Assembly (NCBI GenBank): GCA_038326615.1
Contig: JBBQKF010000004.1
Coordinates: forward strand, 2,589-66,588
Length of the DNA stretch: 64,000 nucleotides
Direction: 5' to 3'
Origin: Saccharofermentanales bacterium
GTDB taxonomy: Bacteria > Bacillota > Clostridia > Saccharofermentanales > UBA5734
The notes beneath the pieces are model-generated. The model had not been told where the DNA came from. It did no database searches and saw only the letters and a program-made list of their open reading frames with translations. The translations under genes and the position numbers were made by a program. Positions 1-10,623 of this stretch are shown here, piece by piece (position 1 is the first letter of the stretch; each line of letters begins with the position of its first letter).

Positions 1-136
1 GCACATAAGTTAGCATTGGTTTTTTGCATGAATTTCCAGTGTCGAGTTTGTCAAACCTGCATTTTTAGTGTTTATCCCTAGTGTTTCTTCAAAAGCAAAC
101 GATTATTATGTTTACTAATAAGAAAACGCAAAATGC

Positions 137-174
137 AAAAGCGGACTTCTACATCGGTTTTAAAGTCCGCTTTT
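137..174. terminator. Bidirectional intrinsic terminator hairpin downstream of the nucleoside ABC operon
   Basis: The sequence AAAAGCGGACTT-loop-AAGTCCGCTTTT has an A-run before and a T-run after. It lies about 60 nt past the permease stop on the minus strand. Confidence 0.6.
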
Positions 175-235
175 CTATAATGACTATGCCAAATACTTAA
201 AGTAATGTTTTGTTGTATCTAATGTATTAAACAAC

Positions 236-1195
236 TCACCTTAGCCCCTTATCGTATGGAACACCCGAAGCTTTCGGAGCTTGTGATTTCTTCGAAGAGA
301 ATGCAAGTACAACCAATGTGGCCGCAAAAGGGATGATTTTATAAACAACACTCGGGATAGGGAAAGATTCAAGAAAGGATATTCCAGAGTATGCCGCTGC
401 AATTGTTTTAAGGAAACCAAAGAAAAGTGCTACCAGGAAAATTCTTTGAGGCTTCCATTGACCGAAGATTAAAACTGCAAGAGCTAGAAATCCGTAACCT
501 GCAACGGAAGCATTGAAATTAGTTGATGTTGGTATAACAAAGATTAGTCCACCAAGGCCTGCAAGGCCGCCTGAAATCATAACACCGGCATACCTTATCC
601 CCTGGACATTGATACCGACTGAATCGGCAGCTTGAGGGTGCTCCCCACATGCCCGTAACCTTAATCCAAATCTTGTCTTATAAAGAACAATTGACGATAC
701 AACTAAAATTAGAACACCTAGAAAGGTTGTTATATATGTGTTTTTGAAAAGTAAATCCCCCAAAACTGGAATGTCACCTAGAACAGGAACTTTTTCGATA
801 CGGAATGTGTTGTTGAATGGGATCTGTTGTACACCTTGTTTTTGTATCATTCTGGCAACAAATACAGTAAATGTTGGAGCAAACATATTAAGAGCAGTAC
901 CACTAATAACCTGATCAGCATTCATGTTGATTGATGCATATGCATGGAACAATGAGTAAATAACTCCAGTTACAATCGAAACAAGAATGGCAAGGATAAG
1001 AAGAAGCTGTCCACTCATCGACCCTTCCATCATATTTATGAAAAGAATACTTGAAAAAGCGCCCATTATCATAATTCCTTCAAGGCCTATATTAACAATA
1101 CCACTCCGCTCCGAAAACATTCCGCCAAGCGCAACAACTAAAAGAGGAATTGAGAAAATCATTGTTTGTGCAAAAAGAAAATAAAAATCATTCAT
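236..1195 (-). CDS. ABC transporter permease, second permease of a BMP/nucleoside-type importer
   Basis: Polytopic membrane ORF in an operon with a BMP lipoprotein and a double ATPase. I moved the start from GTG 1216 to ATG 1195, which has GAGGGGGA 8 nt upstream and follows the upstream stop TAG at 1197-1199. Confidence 0.85.
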   Translation of the reverse strand: MNDFYFLFAQTMIFSIPLLVVALGGMFSERSGIVNIGLEGIMIMGAFSSILFINMMEGSMSGQLLLILAILVSIVTGVIYSLFHAYASINMNADQVISGTALNMFAPTFTVFVARMIQKQGVQQIPFNNTFRIEKVPVLGDIPVLGDLLFKNTYITTFLGVLILVVSSIVLYKTRFGLRLRACGEHPQAADSVGINVQGIRYAGVMISGGLAGLGGLIFVIPTSTNFNASVAGYGFLALAVLIFGQWKPQRIFLVALFFGFLKTIAAAYSGISFLESFPIPSVVYKIIPFAATLVVLAFSSKKSQAPKASGVPYDKGLR

Positions 1196-1196
1196 A

Positions 1197-2360
1197 CTAT
1201 TTATCCCCCTCTTCACTTTTTACGACAACTTCAACTTTTACGGCATCTTCGCTTTTTACGACTACTTTGCTTCTAGATTTTTTTAGCTTATTCCACAATT
1301 CTTCTATCTTATTAAAATACGTCTTAACAATAAGAGCAAAGGCACTGAAGTAGATTATTACTGATGTAATTATTCCAATAATTTCGGGTTTAAAATTAAA
1401 TGCCTGAGCATAGAATCCACCTTCAGTAATATGCGATATGAAAAGAGCAGAAAAAACGATTCCGATAGGATTAGATAGACCTAGCAAAGCAACGGGAATA
1501 CCCATGAATCCTTCAGGGGAGAGAACATCAACAATTTCTATACTTTTGCCGGTGCTTGCAAGATATAAGAATCCTCCGCCAATCCCAGCAAGAGCTCCAG
1601 CTATAACCATGGAAAGCACAATTCCCCTTTTGGAATTTATTCCGGCATATTTGCTCGCATCCATATTGTAACCACATGCTTTAAGCTCATATCCAAAAGT
1701 AGTTTTATTAAGTAAAATATAAACTAATATTGCTATGAAAATTGCAAGAATAATTCCCGCGTGAACACTTGAACCTGGAAAAATCTTGTCAAGGCCCCAT
1801 TTGGGGATTACAGCAATTGGATCTTTTGATTGATTCTTAAAGCTATTATAAACGGTTTCAACTACAAGAAAATTAACAAGATACATCCCTATATAGTTCA
1901 TCATTATTGTTGCTATAACTTCATTAACATTATAGTAAGCCTTAAGAATACCAGGAAGTAATCCCCATAAAGCTCCACCAACAGCTGCTGCAATAACAGC
2001 AACAACCCAATGAATCGGGGTTGGTAAAAATGTAAATTCGACGCTTACATAAACCGCACAATAAGCACCGACGATGAATTGTCCTGCTGTACCGATATTG
2101 AAAAGGCCAGTTTTGAATGCAAACCCAACGGATAAACCTGTCATAATAATTGGAGTGGCAAAGTATAATACCTGCCCTAATCCTCTCATTCCTTCAGTGA
2201 ATCCACCAGCCATGATCTTTGCAAAACCTCTGACTGCTTCATTTGGATTACTTATCAATAAAATAATAAACCCAACTAATAGACCGAAAATGATTGCAAC
2301 GATTGATGAGGATAATTTAATTAATGAATCTCTCTTTATCAACGGACGTTTTTGTTCCAT
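1197..2360 (-). CDS. ABC transporter permease, first permease of a BMP/nucleoside-type importer
   Basis: 387-aa polytopic ORF immediately after the ATPase stop. It has an odd charged C-terminal tail (KVVVKSEDAVKVEVVVKSEEGDK) encoded by short direct repeats. Confidence 0.85.
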   Translation of the reverse strand: MEQKRPLIKRDSLIKLSSSIVAIIFGLLVGFIILLISNPNEAVRGFAKIMAGGFTEGMRGLGQVLYFATPIIMTGLSVGFAFKTGLFNIGTAGQFIVGAYCAVYVSVEFTFLPTPIHWVVAVIAAAVGGALWGLLPGILKAYYNVNEVIATIMMNYIGMYLVNFLVVETVYNSFKNQSKDPIAVIPKWGLDKIFPGSSVHAGIILAIFIAILVYILLNKTTFGYELKACGYNMDASKYAGINSKRGIVLSMVIAGALAGIGGGFLYLASTGKSIEIVDVLSPEGFMGIPVALLGLSNPIGIVFSALFISHITEGGFYAQAFNFKPEIIGIITSVIIYFSAFALIVKTYFNKIEELWNKLKKSRSKVVVKSEDAVKVEVVVKSEEGDK

Positions 2361-2361
2361 A

Positions 2362-3918
2362 TCACATCACCAATCCTTCGTGCTTTATTATCTGGCTTTT
2401 GTCCATGCGTTTTGACCCCGACATATAAAGTCCAAGTTCCATTATCGTGGTTTCCTGCGGGAGAACATTAGCAACTATTTCACCTTCATAAATGACCAGA
2501 ATGCGGTCACTGACATTCATAACTTCGTCAAGTTCAAGCGAAATCAGAAGCACAGCTTTGCCAGAATCTCTTTGAGCGATAAGTTGCTGTGAAATAGTTT
2601 CAATTGCGCCTACATCAAGACCTCTTGTTGGTTGTACAGCAATCAGAAGCTCTGGATTTTTATCTATTTCTCTTGCTATTATGGCTTTCTGCTGATTTCC
2701 ACCAGACATGCTTCTCATGCTTGTCGAAGCACCTTGTCCGCTACGAATATCATATTTTTGAATCAAATAATTTGAATAATCTTCAATTTCTTTGAATTTT
2801 AAAAATCCTTTTGTTTGAAATCTCTTTGTGAAATATGTTTGTAATACTAAGTTTTCAGAAAGGTTATAATCGAGCACAAGCCCATATCTATGGCGGTCCT
2901 CAGGTATGTGCGAAATTCCGTGAATACTTCTTTTGCGAATGCTTTCGTGTGTTATATCTTTGCCATTGAGTAAAATTTTGCCATTGTCAGAAGGAAGAAG
3001 GCCGCAAAGAGCATATACAAGTTCACTTTGACCATTCCCGTCGATTCCTGCGATACACACTATCTCTCCTTTTCTGACAATAAAAGATGTATGGTTGACC
3101 AGAGCCTTCTTTGATGTCTTCGATTTTACAACAAGCTCGGATACTTGCAGAACTGGAGTTCCTATTTCACAAGGTTCCTTCTCAATTAAAAATTCGACCT
3201 TACGGCCAACCATTACTTCTGAAAGCTGCTCCTTCGTCGTTTCGGCAACATTAACAGTGCATACATATTTACCCTTGCGAAGAACGGTGCATCGATCTGC
3301 AACTGCTTTAATTTCGTTAAGTTTATGTGTAATAAATATTATTGATTTGCCTTTTGATACAAGAAGCTTCATGATTTTCATTAACTCCTCAATCTCCTGA
3401 GGGGTTAAAACAGCAGTTGGTTCATCAAAAATAAGAATTTCATTCTCACGATACAGCATCTTAAGAATCTCAACTCTTTGTTGCATACCAACTGTAATAT
3501 CCGAAATGTATTCATCCGGATTTACTTTCAGCCCGTACCTGTTTGATATTTCAACAACTTTTTTTCTTGCAGTATCCATATTCAAAAAACCGTTTTTTAC
3601 GGTTTCATTTCCTAAAATAATATTTTCGAGTACAGTAAAATTGTGCACCAGTTTAAAATGCTGATGAACCATTCCTATTCCCAAATCATTTGCATCGTTT
3701 GGATTATTAATTTTAACTTCTTTGCCATCTTTAAATATTGTTCCTGTTTCTGGTTTATAAAGGCCAAACAAAATACTCATTAGGGTTGATTTGCCAGCAC
3801 CATTCTCTCCTAGTAGCGCGTGTATTTCGCCTTTTTTTACCTGAAGAGTGACATCATCGTTTGCTTTTATACCAGGAAATACTTTTGTAATGTTGCGCAT
3901 TTCAATTACATAGTCCAT
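2362..3918 (-). CDS. ABC transporter ATP-binding protein with two tandem ATPase domains (simple-sugar/nucleoside type)
   Basis: Domain 1 has Walker A GENGAGKST and Walker B ILIFDEPTA. Domain 2 has signature SGGNQQK and Walker B LLIAVQPTRGLD. ATG 3918 has AAGGAG 8 nt upstream, whereas GTG 3927 overlaps the SD. Confidence 0.9.
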   Translation of the reverse strand: MDYVIEMRNITKVFPGIKANDDVTLQVKKGEIHALLGENGAGKSTLMSILFGLYKPETGTIFKDGKEVKINNPNDANDLGIGMVHQHFKLVHNFTVLENIILGNETVKNGFLNMDTARKKVVEISNRYGLKVNPDEYISDITVGMQQRVEILKMLYRENEILIFDEPTAVLTPQEIEELMKIMKLLVSKGKSIIFITHKLNEIKAVADRCTVLRKGKYVCTVNVAETTKEQLSEVMVGRKVEFLIEKEPCEIGTPVLQVSELVVKSKTSKKALVNHTSFIVRKGEIVCIAGIDGNGQSELVYALCGLLPSDNGKILLNGKDITHESIRKRSIHGISHIPEDRHRYGLVLDYNLSENLVLQTYFTKRFQTKGFLKFKEIEDYSNYLIQKYDIRSGQGASTSMRSMSGGNQQKAIIAREIDKNPELLIAVQPTRGLDVGAIETISQQLIAQRDSGKAVLLISLELDEVMNVSDRILVIYEGEIVANVLPQETTIMELGLYMSGSKRMDKSQIIKHEGLVM

Positions 3919-4132
3919 GTATTTCACTCCTTATTGCTTGTTTTTAACTTCAAAATATAAATATATTATTTAATAATTCATATGATTATCACGTTTACTC
4001 ATTATGTATTATAAATCCATTATTCTATTGAATTAATTAAGAAATCACTATTTTTACATTATAACTTTGTTTAGCTACAGTACATTTTTGCTTTATATAA
4101 TCAAGAATATCAGGTTATACTGAGTAATCGTT

Positions 4133-4212
4133 ATTTAGTCTGAGTTTTATTTAGTCTGAGTTTTATTTAGTCTGAGTGTTATTTAGTCTGAGTGTTATTT
4201 AGTCTGAGTTTC
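4133..4212. repeat. Tandem repeat, 5 x 16 bp (ATTTAGTCTGAGTKTT)
   Basis: Five contiguous 16-nt units read directly from the sequence, with variants TTTT, TGTT and TTTC at the unit end. They lie between the terminator of the binding-protein gene and the ATPase gene. Confidence 0.95.
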
Positions 4213-4277
4213 AATAATTTTAAAGCGAACTAAATATGTTTTGTATTTATCTTATCAATAATTAATATATGCAATAA

Positions 4278-4305
4278 CAGAAAGGTGCTCGAAGGCACCT
4301 TTCTG
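4278..4305 (-). terminator. Intrinsic terminator after the BMP lipoprotein gene
   Basis: Perfect 11-bp stem CAGAAAGGTGC/GCACCTTTCTG with a 6-nt loop, 27 nt downstream of the stop. A T-rich tract follows on the minus strand. Confidence 0.7.
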
Positions 4306-4331
4306 TAAATTGTCAATTTTCAAAATAAATC

Positions 4332-5483
4332 TTATTTTATTTCTGTAACTTTAACAAGCATTACGCCTAAATCTTTAAGTGCTACAGCTTTATCGCCTGC
4401 TTTATCTGTTTTGATATTGCTTGCGGTTTTGTCTGTATCATTTACGAGTTTAGCAAATATTGCATCATATGCAGCTTGATTAAATGTCTTGAATTTAGAG
4501 AAGTCTTTAGGTAAGCTAATTCCGCCTGCTTTTGCATCAAGAATAATGCTCTTTCCGCCTTGGAATGTGCCAGCGTAATATTCTTTGACTGCTTCGTAAA
4601 CTGAATCGCCAAGCATTTTCATAGCTGAAGTTATTACTGTTGCTGATTCAGCAGACTGATCAACATCAACTCCGATAACTTTCTTTGAAGCTGCTGAAGC
4701 AGCTGCCATTACAGAGTTGCCTGCGCCGCCTGCTGCTGCGAAGATGACTTCTGTTCCAAGATTATACCATGATGCAGCTTTAGTTTGATAATCAGGAGAT
4801 GGAGCAAATCCACCAAGATAATTGTATTTAATTTCAACAGAATTTTTTGCTAGCCCTAATTCTTTTGCTGCATATTCTGCGCCCTGTACAAATCCATATC
4901 CGAAACGTATAACAGCAGGAACAGCCATACCGCCCATAAATCCAAGTTTTCTCATGCCGTCTTTAACAGCAGCATATCCAGCAAGGAATCCTGATTGTTG
5001 TTCTGCATAGAAGATAGACATAACATTCTTTTCGATTCTGAAAGTTGTGTATGTTCCATCCTGTGGGAATCCATCAAGAAGGATGAATTTAACTTTAGGA
5101 TATAAATCCTGAGCTTTGAAAATTGCTGGTTCAAAAAGGAAACCAGGTGTTACAACAACTTTAGCACCACCGTTAACAGCAAGTGTAATTGTTGCTACAT
5201 AAGCGTCTGTTGTTTTCTCTGTTGGTTGATAATACTTGTAAGTAATGCTCTTTTCTTTGGCATACTTTTCGAGACCTTCCCATGCGCCTTGGTTGAATGA
5301 CTTGTCGTCAATTGTTCCAACGTCAGTTACAAGTGCAAGTTCATAGGTGTTTGATGCCTGAGACGATACGGCAGTTGATGAAACGGGAGTGCTTGAACCC
5401 ATACTGGTTGTCGCAGGAGTACATGCTACTAATGAAGAAACAAGGAACAGAGATGTAAGAATTAGAGAAATGATCTTTTTCAT
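4332..5483 (-). CDS. BMP-family (Med/PnrA/TmpC-like) substrate-binding lipoprotein, probable nucleoside binding
   Basis: Signal peptide with lipobox LVAC, a Ser/Thr-rich linker and a BMP-family body. The RBS is AAGGAGG. It is adjacent to deoB and deoC. Confidence 0.9.
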   Translation of the reverse strand: MKKIISLILTSLFLVSSLVACTPATTSMGSSTPVSSTAVSSQASNTYELALVTDVGTIDDKSFNQGAWEGLEKYAKEKSITYKYYQPTEKTTDAYVATITLAVNGGAKVVVTPGFLFEPAIFKAQDLYPKVKFILLDGFPQDGTYTTFRIEKNVMSIFYAEQQSGFLAGYAAVKDGMRKLGFMGGMAVPAVIRFGYGFVQGAEYAAKELGLAKNSVEIKYNYLGGFAPSPDYQTKAASWYNLGTEVIFAAAGGAGNSVMAAASAASKKVIGVDVDQSAESATVITSAMKMLGDSVYEAVKEYYAGTFQGGKSIILDAKAGGISLPKDFSKFKTFNQAAYDAIFAKLVNDTDKTASNIKTDKAGDKAVALKDLGVMLVKVTEIK

Positions 5484-5900
5484 AAATGACCTCCTTAAAA
5501 TAATTAGCTTTGCTACTTTCGAACTTTCGATGCAGCATGTATATAATTTTACTATTATATTTATAAATTACAAGACTTATTTTTGTGAATATGCAATATT
5601 TTGTCACAATTTTCTATTTTTTTTATATTTGTTTTAAATCAGCAGAAATAATTTTTTAATAAAATAAATTTAATTTTTGTTTGAGTATAAAACTATATTT
5701 GCATCATTTTTAGTAATTTTTTACAATATTTTTCATTACATGAACTTATGAAAGAAATTGCATGGCATAATTTCAAATTAATAACACTCCCTAGCACTTT
5801 ATATCACTTAAAGTTTTAAGTATTTCAATCTCACAAGAACCCAATTGTGAAAATCCAATTTTCATTTATCCAAATAACAACAACCGCACTCGCAGAATTA

Positions 5901-7079
5901 TCACTTTAAAAGCAATCCCAAATAACTTTCTCCATCCGTTTGCCCATCAACACCAAAATAATCAAGTATAGTTGCAGCAATATCAGAAAAACATTTACGA
6001 GTACCTAAGTTTATGGGACTTATTTTTTTGCCATATAGAAGCATTGGTGTGTATTCCCTTGTGTGATCAGTACTTGGGAACGAGGGGTCACATCCATGGT
6101 CAGCTGTTATAAGAAGGATGTCTTCTGGCAAAAGCCATTCGCAGATTTGTTTGATAGCCTTATCAAAGACACTTATAGCTCTGGCATACCCATCAATATC
6201 ATTTCTGTGCCCGTAAAGCATATCGAAATCAACAAGGTTAAGAAAACACAAACCATTAAAAGGAATCTTTGTTTGTTCAAGAATTCGCTCAATACCCTCG
6301 CTGTTACTTTTTGAAACGACTGTCTGGGTGACGCCACTCCCCGCAAAAATATCGGTAATTTTGCCAATTGCAATTACATCAAACAAGTTTTCTTTAAGAT
6401 AATCAAGCATTGTTTTCTTCGGCGGTAAAAGCGAGAAATCGTGACGGTTAGGTGTTCTTTTAAAATTCCCTAATTCCCCGGCAAATGGCCTTGCTATTAC
6501 TCTACCTACTCCATGCTTTCCAACCAAAATTTTCCTTGCTATTCTACAGAATTCATACAGATCTTCAAGTGGTACAATCCCTTCATGTGCGGCAATCTGG
6601 AACACGCTGTCAGCCGATGTATAAACTATAAGACTTCCTGTTTTAACATGCTCATCTCCAAAGTCTCTTATAACATCAGTGCCAGAATAAGGCTTGTTGC
6701 AAAGAGTCTTTCTTCCTGTCTGTTTTTCAAACTCAGAAATTACTTCCGTAGGAAATCCCTCCGGATAGGTAGGAAGTGGATTTGCGCTAACAACACCTGC
6801 TATTTCCCAGTGACCGATTGTTGTGTCTTTACCCTTTGATTTCTCTGTCATTCTGGCATAGGCTGCCTTTGGATTTAAATTTAAAAATTCATCTCCAAAA
6901 ATGTTATTTACACCATCAATGTTAAAAAGGCCTAAATCAGTGAGGTTTGGAACAATAAACTCCTTGCTTGTAGAAATCCCTCGTAGAGTATTACTCCCTG
7001 CATCACCATACAGGAAAGCATCTGGCAGTTCTCCTATACCAAAGCTATCGAGAACAATGAGAAACACTCTTTTGCTCAT
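5901..7079 (-). CDS. deoB: Phosphopentomutase
   Basis: 392 aa with N-terminal LIVLDSFGIG and a C-terminal ITADHGCDP motif, both typical of DeoB. Confidence 0.95.
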   Translation of the reverse strand: MSKRVFLIVLDSFGIGELPDAFLYGDAGSNTLRGISTSKEFIVPNLTDLGLFNIDGVNNIFGDEFLNLNPKAAYARMTEKSKGKDTTIGHWEIAGVVSANPLPTYPEGFPTEVISEFEKQTGRKTLCNKPYSGTDVIRDFGDEHVKTGSLIVYTSADSVFQIAAHEGIVPLEDLYEFCRIARKILVGKHGVGRVIARPFAGELGNFKRTPNRHDFSLLPPKKTMLDYLKENLFDVIAIGKITDIFAGSGVTQTVVSKSNSEGIERILEQTKIPFNGLCFLNLVDFDMLYGHRNDIDGYARAISVFDKAIKQICEWLLPEDILLITADHGCDPSFPSTDHTREYTPMLLYGKKISPINLGTRKCFSDIAATILDYFGVDGQTDGESYLGLLLK

Positions 7080-7082
7080 AAA

Positions 7083-7769
7083 TTAATATCCCCCAGTTTC
7101 TTTAACTCCGTTATCGCCTTGGGCTTTTTTGATCATTTTAATTATTGAACTTGTGCCAAGCCTTGAAGCTCCAATATCCAAAAATTCCAAAGCAACTTCC
7201 AAGCTCTTAATCCCGCCTGCCGCCTTAATCTTTACATTTGGCCCCACATATTTTTTAAATAATATCAAATCTTCTCTAGTCGCTCCACCAGTAGAAAAAC
7301 CTGTGGAGGTTTTGATAAAATCCGCTCCTGAATCTGTTACGATTTTACACATACGAATTTTCTCATCTTCGGTAAGGAGACAGGTTTCAATTATAACTTT
7401 AAGTATTTTGCTGCCACATGCTTTCTTTATTTGTCTTATTTCTTCAAGTATAAAATCATCTTTACTATCCTTCAACGCACAAACGGGAATAACCATATCA
7501 ATTTCATCAGCACCATTTGCGATTGCATCCTTAGTCTCAAATACTTTTGTTTGTGTCGTTTGATATCCATTCGGAAATCCGATCACTGTACATATTGCCA
7601 TTTTCTCTTTGCAGTATTCCTTTGCAACCTTAACATAAAAAGGCGGAATGCAGACACTTGCGGTTTCGTACTCCATAGCCTCGTCGCATAATGCAAATAT
7701 TTCGCTTTGCGTTGCAGTCTGTAATAACAAAGTATGGTCAACTGCATTTAAAATTCTCTTCGTGTCCAT
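7083..7769 (-). CDS. deoC: Deoxyribose-phosphate aldolase
   Basis: 228 aa with DHTLL near the N-terminus and the Schiff-base lysine motif FIKTSTGF. The RBS is AAGGAG. Confidence 0.95.
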   Translation of the reverse strand: MDTKRILNAVDHTLLLQTATQSEIFALCDEAMEYETASVCIPPFYVKVAKEYCKEKMAICTVIGFPNGYQTTQTKVFETKDAIANGADEIDMVIPVCALKDSKDDFILEEIRQIKKACGSKILKVIIETCLLTEDEKIRMCKIVTDSGADFIKTSTGFSTGGATREDLILFKKYVGPNVKIKAAGGIKSLEVALEFLDIGASRLGTSSIIKMIKKAQGDNGVKETGGY

Positions 7770-8184
7770 TTTTGTTTCTCCTTTCGATAATTAGTTAGCT
7801 TTTTGTTATTTCTTTGAAATAACTTCACTTGTTTCTACTTTTAGTATTGTGTCTTAAAACTCTCATACCATTGTTATAATCAATACATTTAAATTGTTAA
7901 AAATCATTTTGGCATAAAAATCGCATTGACTTATAATTCACAGTTAATTATTAGTCCAACAATTATTATACCAAACAAATCTAGAATAATTATATATAAT
8001 TTTGAGTCCGCAACATTTGTCAATTTTACTTTTTCATATATTTTTATTTAGTTAATGTAAATATTTACTTTCAAATTTTCTAATAATCTTATTATGGTAA
8101 TTTTGAAATAATTCGAGAAAAGTATTTGGCAAACCATTCATTGTCCAATGTCATCTTCTAATCTTCTTGAAATCAATACAATAG

Positions 8185-8222
8185 AAAAAGGCACAAAGCA
8201 AATCAACAATCTGCTTCGTGCC
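8185..8222 (-). terminator. Intrinsic terminator after the surface-protein gene
   Basis: Stem GGCACAAAGCA/TGCTTCGTGCC pairs at 10 of 11 positions and is flanked by A5 and T5 runs, so it is usable in both directions. Confidence 0.55.
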
Positions 8223-8422
8223 ATTTTTATTAATTATTGTTTTTGATTTCTTTACTTGCTAAGCAATTATATTTTTATTTCAATTACTAATTTGCAACTA
8301 TACAATTGCGTTTGATATTCTACTGCTAATTTTCTTTATGTTTTAATGAATTCCTTAATTTCTAAAATTCCATCTTAACATTTATAAGAATTAATCTTTA
8401 GCATCAAAATTATTCGACAATT

Positions 8423-10294
8423 TTATTCTTTCTTCTTAAGGAAGAATAAAGCTGCTGCGATAGCAACTGCAGCAAATATAAAAATTACTACTGGCCATGG
8501 AGATGCTTTGTCACCGGTCGCAGGTGAAATTCCATTATTGAATGTCTTTACTTCAGATGAAAAGACTATATTCCCTGATTCATCTTTAGTATATGATTTA
8601 TAAAAATATGTCAATCCTGGTTCAAGGCTTGTAAGGTCAACTGTATAGCTACCATCAGACTGTTTGATTGCTTTAACGTTTACTGAATTTGTGAAATCAC
8701 TATTCGTTGCGAAAGCAATTCCAGTTTCAACAAAATTTTCGTCAGTAATATCGAGTTTGATTGAAGCTGTGGAACCAGATTTGAGTGAAAGAGTATCTAC
8801 AACTTTAACATCGCCGGTTCCTTCTTTATTAATCGACAAATTAAAATCTATTTCTACGTCCATCAGGAATGGGAAAGAATCGAAAGCTATAAGGTTTTCT
8901 TCATCTTCTTTTGTTTTCATCGTCATTTTTACAGCTGTTTCATAAGAAGTACTTCCTGTTTTTTCGAGCGAATAGTTGAAATTAACATCGATTGTTTTAT
9001 TCATATCAGTTTTAGTCATATTCATAATGTCAATAAAATCGGCTTTATCCATTTCGATTTGTTCAGTATCAGTTGTATCCATTTCATTGATTAAATCAAT
9101 TACTGACTGTTTTGTCTCAGCTCCCGAGAACAACAAGCTGAGCTGCTCATCAGACATTCCATTAACGATTGTAATTAAAGATGATTTTAGAAGTTCGCCA
9201 TTATCCATCATGTAAACAAAAGTTTGTGACACTGCATCTATCATGTCCCCTGCATTCATATCGAGAACATACTTGCTGTTATTTTCTTTTTTAACTGCAG
9301 ATAATGAAAATTCTTTGAAAAATGTATTAATCATTTCATCCATTTCAATTGTCTGTGAATTTGTTAATGTATCAATTACATATGCAGAGTCAAGTATGCC
9401 AATCAACTGTGCTTGTGTTGTATCAAACATTTCGAGAGTTGTAGCGCGTTCATCAGCGTTGTCAATGTAATCTTGTTTCTCAATTTGGCCTTCAATTATT
9501 CCTTCAGCATAGCCTACATCATAACCTGCTTCATAATCAGGTGTTCCGCCGTCTTCATTTGGTGTCACCTCCCCAAAATATCCGTCTTGCATGCCTATGT
9601 CGAACCCTTTTTCGTAACCGGTAAAGTAGTCATCAGAAGCCAATGAATCAATTTCATAACTCGGCATTCCTTGTGGTTCATCTGCAAAAGATTCTCTCAT
9701 TGAATCAAAATAAGATTTGATTAGGTCATCGACATTAAATTTGCCATATTCTACTCCATCAACAGTTTCTTCATCTGTATATTCCATTAAGAAGGAATCA
9801 AGAAATGTCTTATCAATTAATAGTGTCTTATCATTAAAAATAATTTTAATTATGGGTGTCTTTAATCCTTCAGCATCAACTGAATCAGCAAAAAATACAA
9901 TTTTATTTGCTAATTTGCTTATTGATCCGCTATATTCAATTTTACCTTCTAATAGTGAAGGAGCCATGACCATAAGTGAATCGAGACCCTCTGGTAAATC
10001 ACCATTCATAATGTCTTCAGGAATTGTTGTCACATCTTGAATTTCTGATATAACTTTCTTTAAACCCATCCTCTTTGATATAGGCAATGCGGGTGTTGGT
10101 TCAATAGGAGAAATATAATTTTCGTTGAATTCATACTTGTTCATTTTCGCTTCGAAGCTGCCTTCAAATTTGAACTCAGTGAGCTTGGACATTGTCTTTA
10201 GTGTTCCAAGAAAGCTCAATTCATCGAAATTACAACCTGTGAATGTAATTGTAAATGCTACGAGTAAAATTGTTGCAAGAATTTTCTTTTTCAT
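8423..10294 (-). CDS. Large acidic surface protein with an N-terminal lipobox-type signal peptide and a C-terminal SPxTG cell-wall sorting signal
   Basis: The N-terminus is MKKKILATILLVAFTITFTGC. The C-terminus is SPATGD, a hydrophobic stretch, then KKKE. There is an FN3/Ig-like signature LEPGLTYFYKSY near the C-terminus. The RBS is AAGAGGG. Confidence 0.85.
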   Translation of the reverse strand: MKKKILATILLVAFTITFTGCNFDELSFLGTLKTMSKLTEFKFEGSFEAKMNKYEFNENYISPIEPTPALPISKRMGLKKVISEIQDVTTIPEDIMNGDLPEGLDSLMVMAPSLLEGKIEYSGSISKLANKIVFFADSVDAEGLKTPIIKIIFNDKTLLIDKTFLDSFLMEYTDEETVDGVEYGKFNVDDLIKSYFDSMRESFADEPQGMPSYEIDSLASDDYFTGYEKGFDIGMQDGYFGEVTPNEDGGTPDYEAGYDVGYAEGIIEGQIEKQDYIDNADERATTLEMFDTTQAQLIGILDSAYVIDTLTNSQTIEMDEMINTFFKEFSLSAVKKENNSKYVLDMNAGDMIDAVSQTFVYMMDNGELLKSSLITIVNGMSDEQLSLLFSGAETKQSVIDLINEMDTTDTEQIEMDKADFIDIMNMTKTDMNKTIDVNFNYSLEKTGSTSYETAVKMTMKTKEDEENLIAFDSFPFLMDVEIDFNLSINKEGTGDVKVVDTLSLKSGSTASIKLDITDENFVETGIAFATNSDFTNSVNVKAIKQSDGSYTVDLTSLEPGLTYFYKSYTKDESGNIVFSSEVKTFNNGISPATGDKASPWPVVIFIFAAVAIAAALFFLKKKE

Positions 10295-10623
10295 GTTATG
10301 CCCTCTTTCTTAATTCTTAAATCTAAATTATAGCAATATACCTGACTAAAGATATTATGTAGTCGGCACCTTGCTAATTATAATGCTATCCAAGAATTTT
10401 TGCAATACCTTTTATTGTAATTTAACAAATATTTTCGCATTTTTTTGTTGTAATTATTTTTATTTTCATCTATTCATATCACTGTTTTGTTTTTACAATT
10501 TTAATAATTTTCGAATAAGTCTACTGCATTTACTCAATATTCACTTAAGTTAGAATTCTAGTTCGATTTTACAACGCACTATTCATTTTCATATTTGTGT
10601 GAAATTAACAAATTGCTAGTCTA

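Noticed and set aside
5484-5900. TGTGA-N15-TCACA and a doubled TCGAAAG upstream of the BMP lipoprotein gene, as possible regulator sites.
   Set aside because: The spacing does not fit the CRP/Fnr or cre consensus, and a single occurrence in very AT-rich DNA is not enough evidence.
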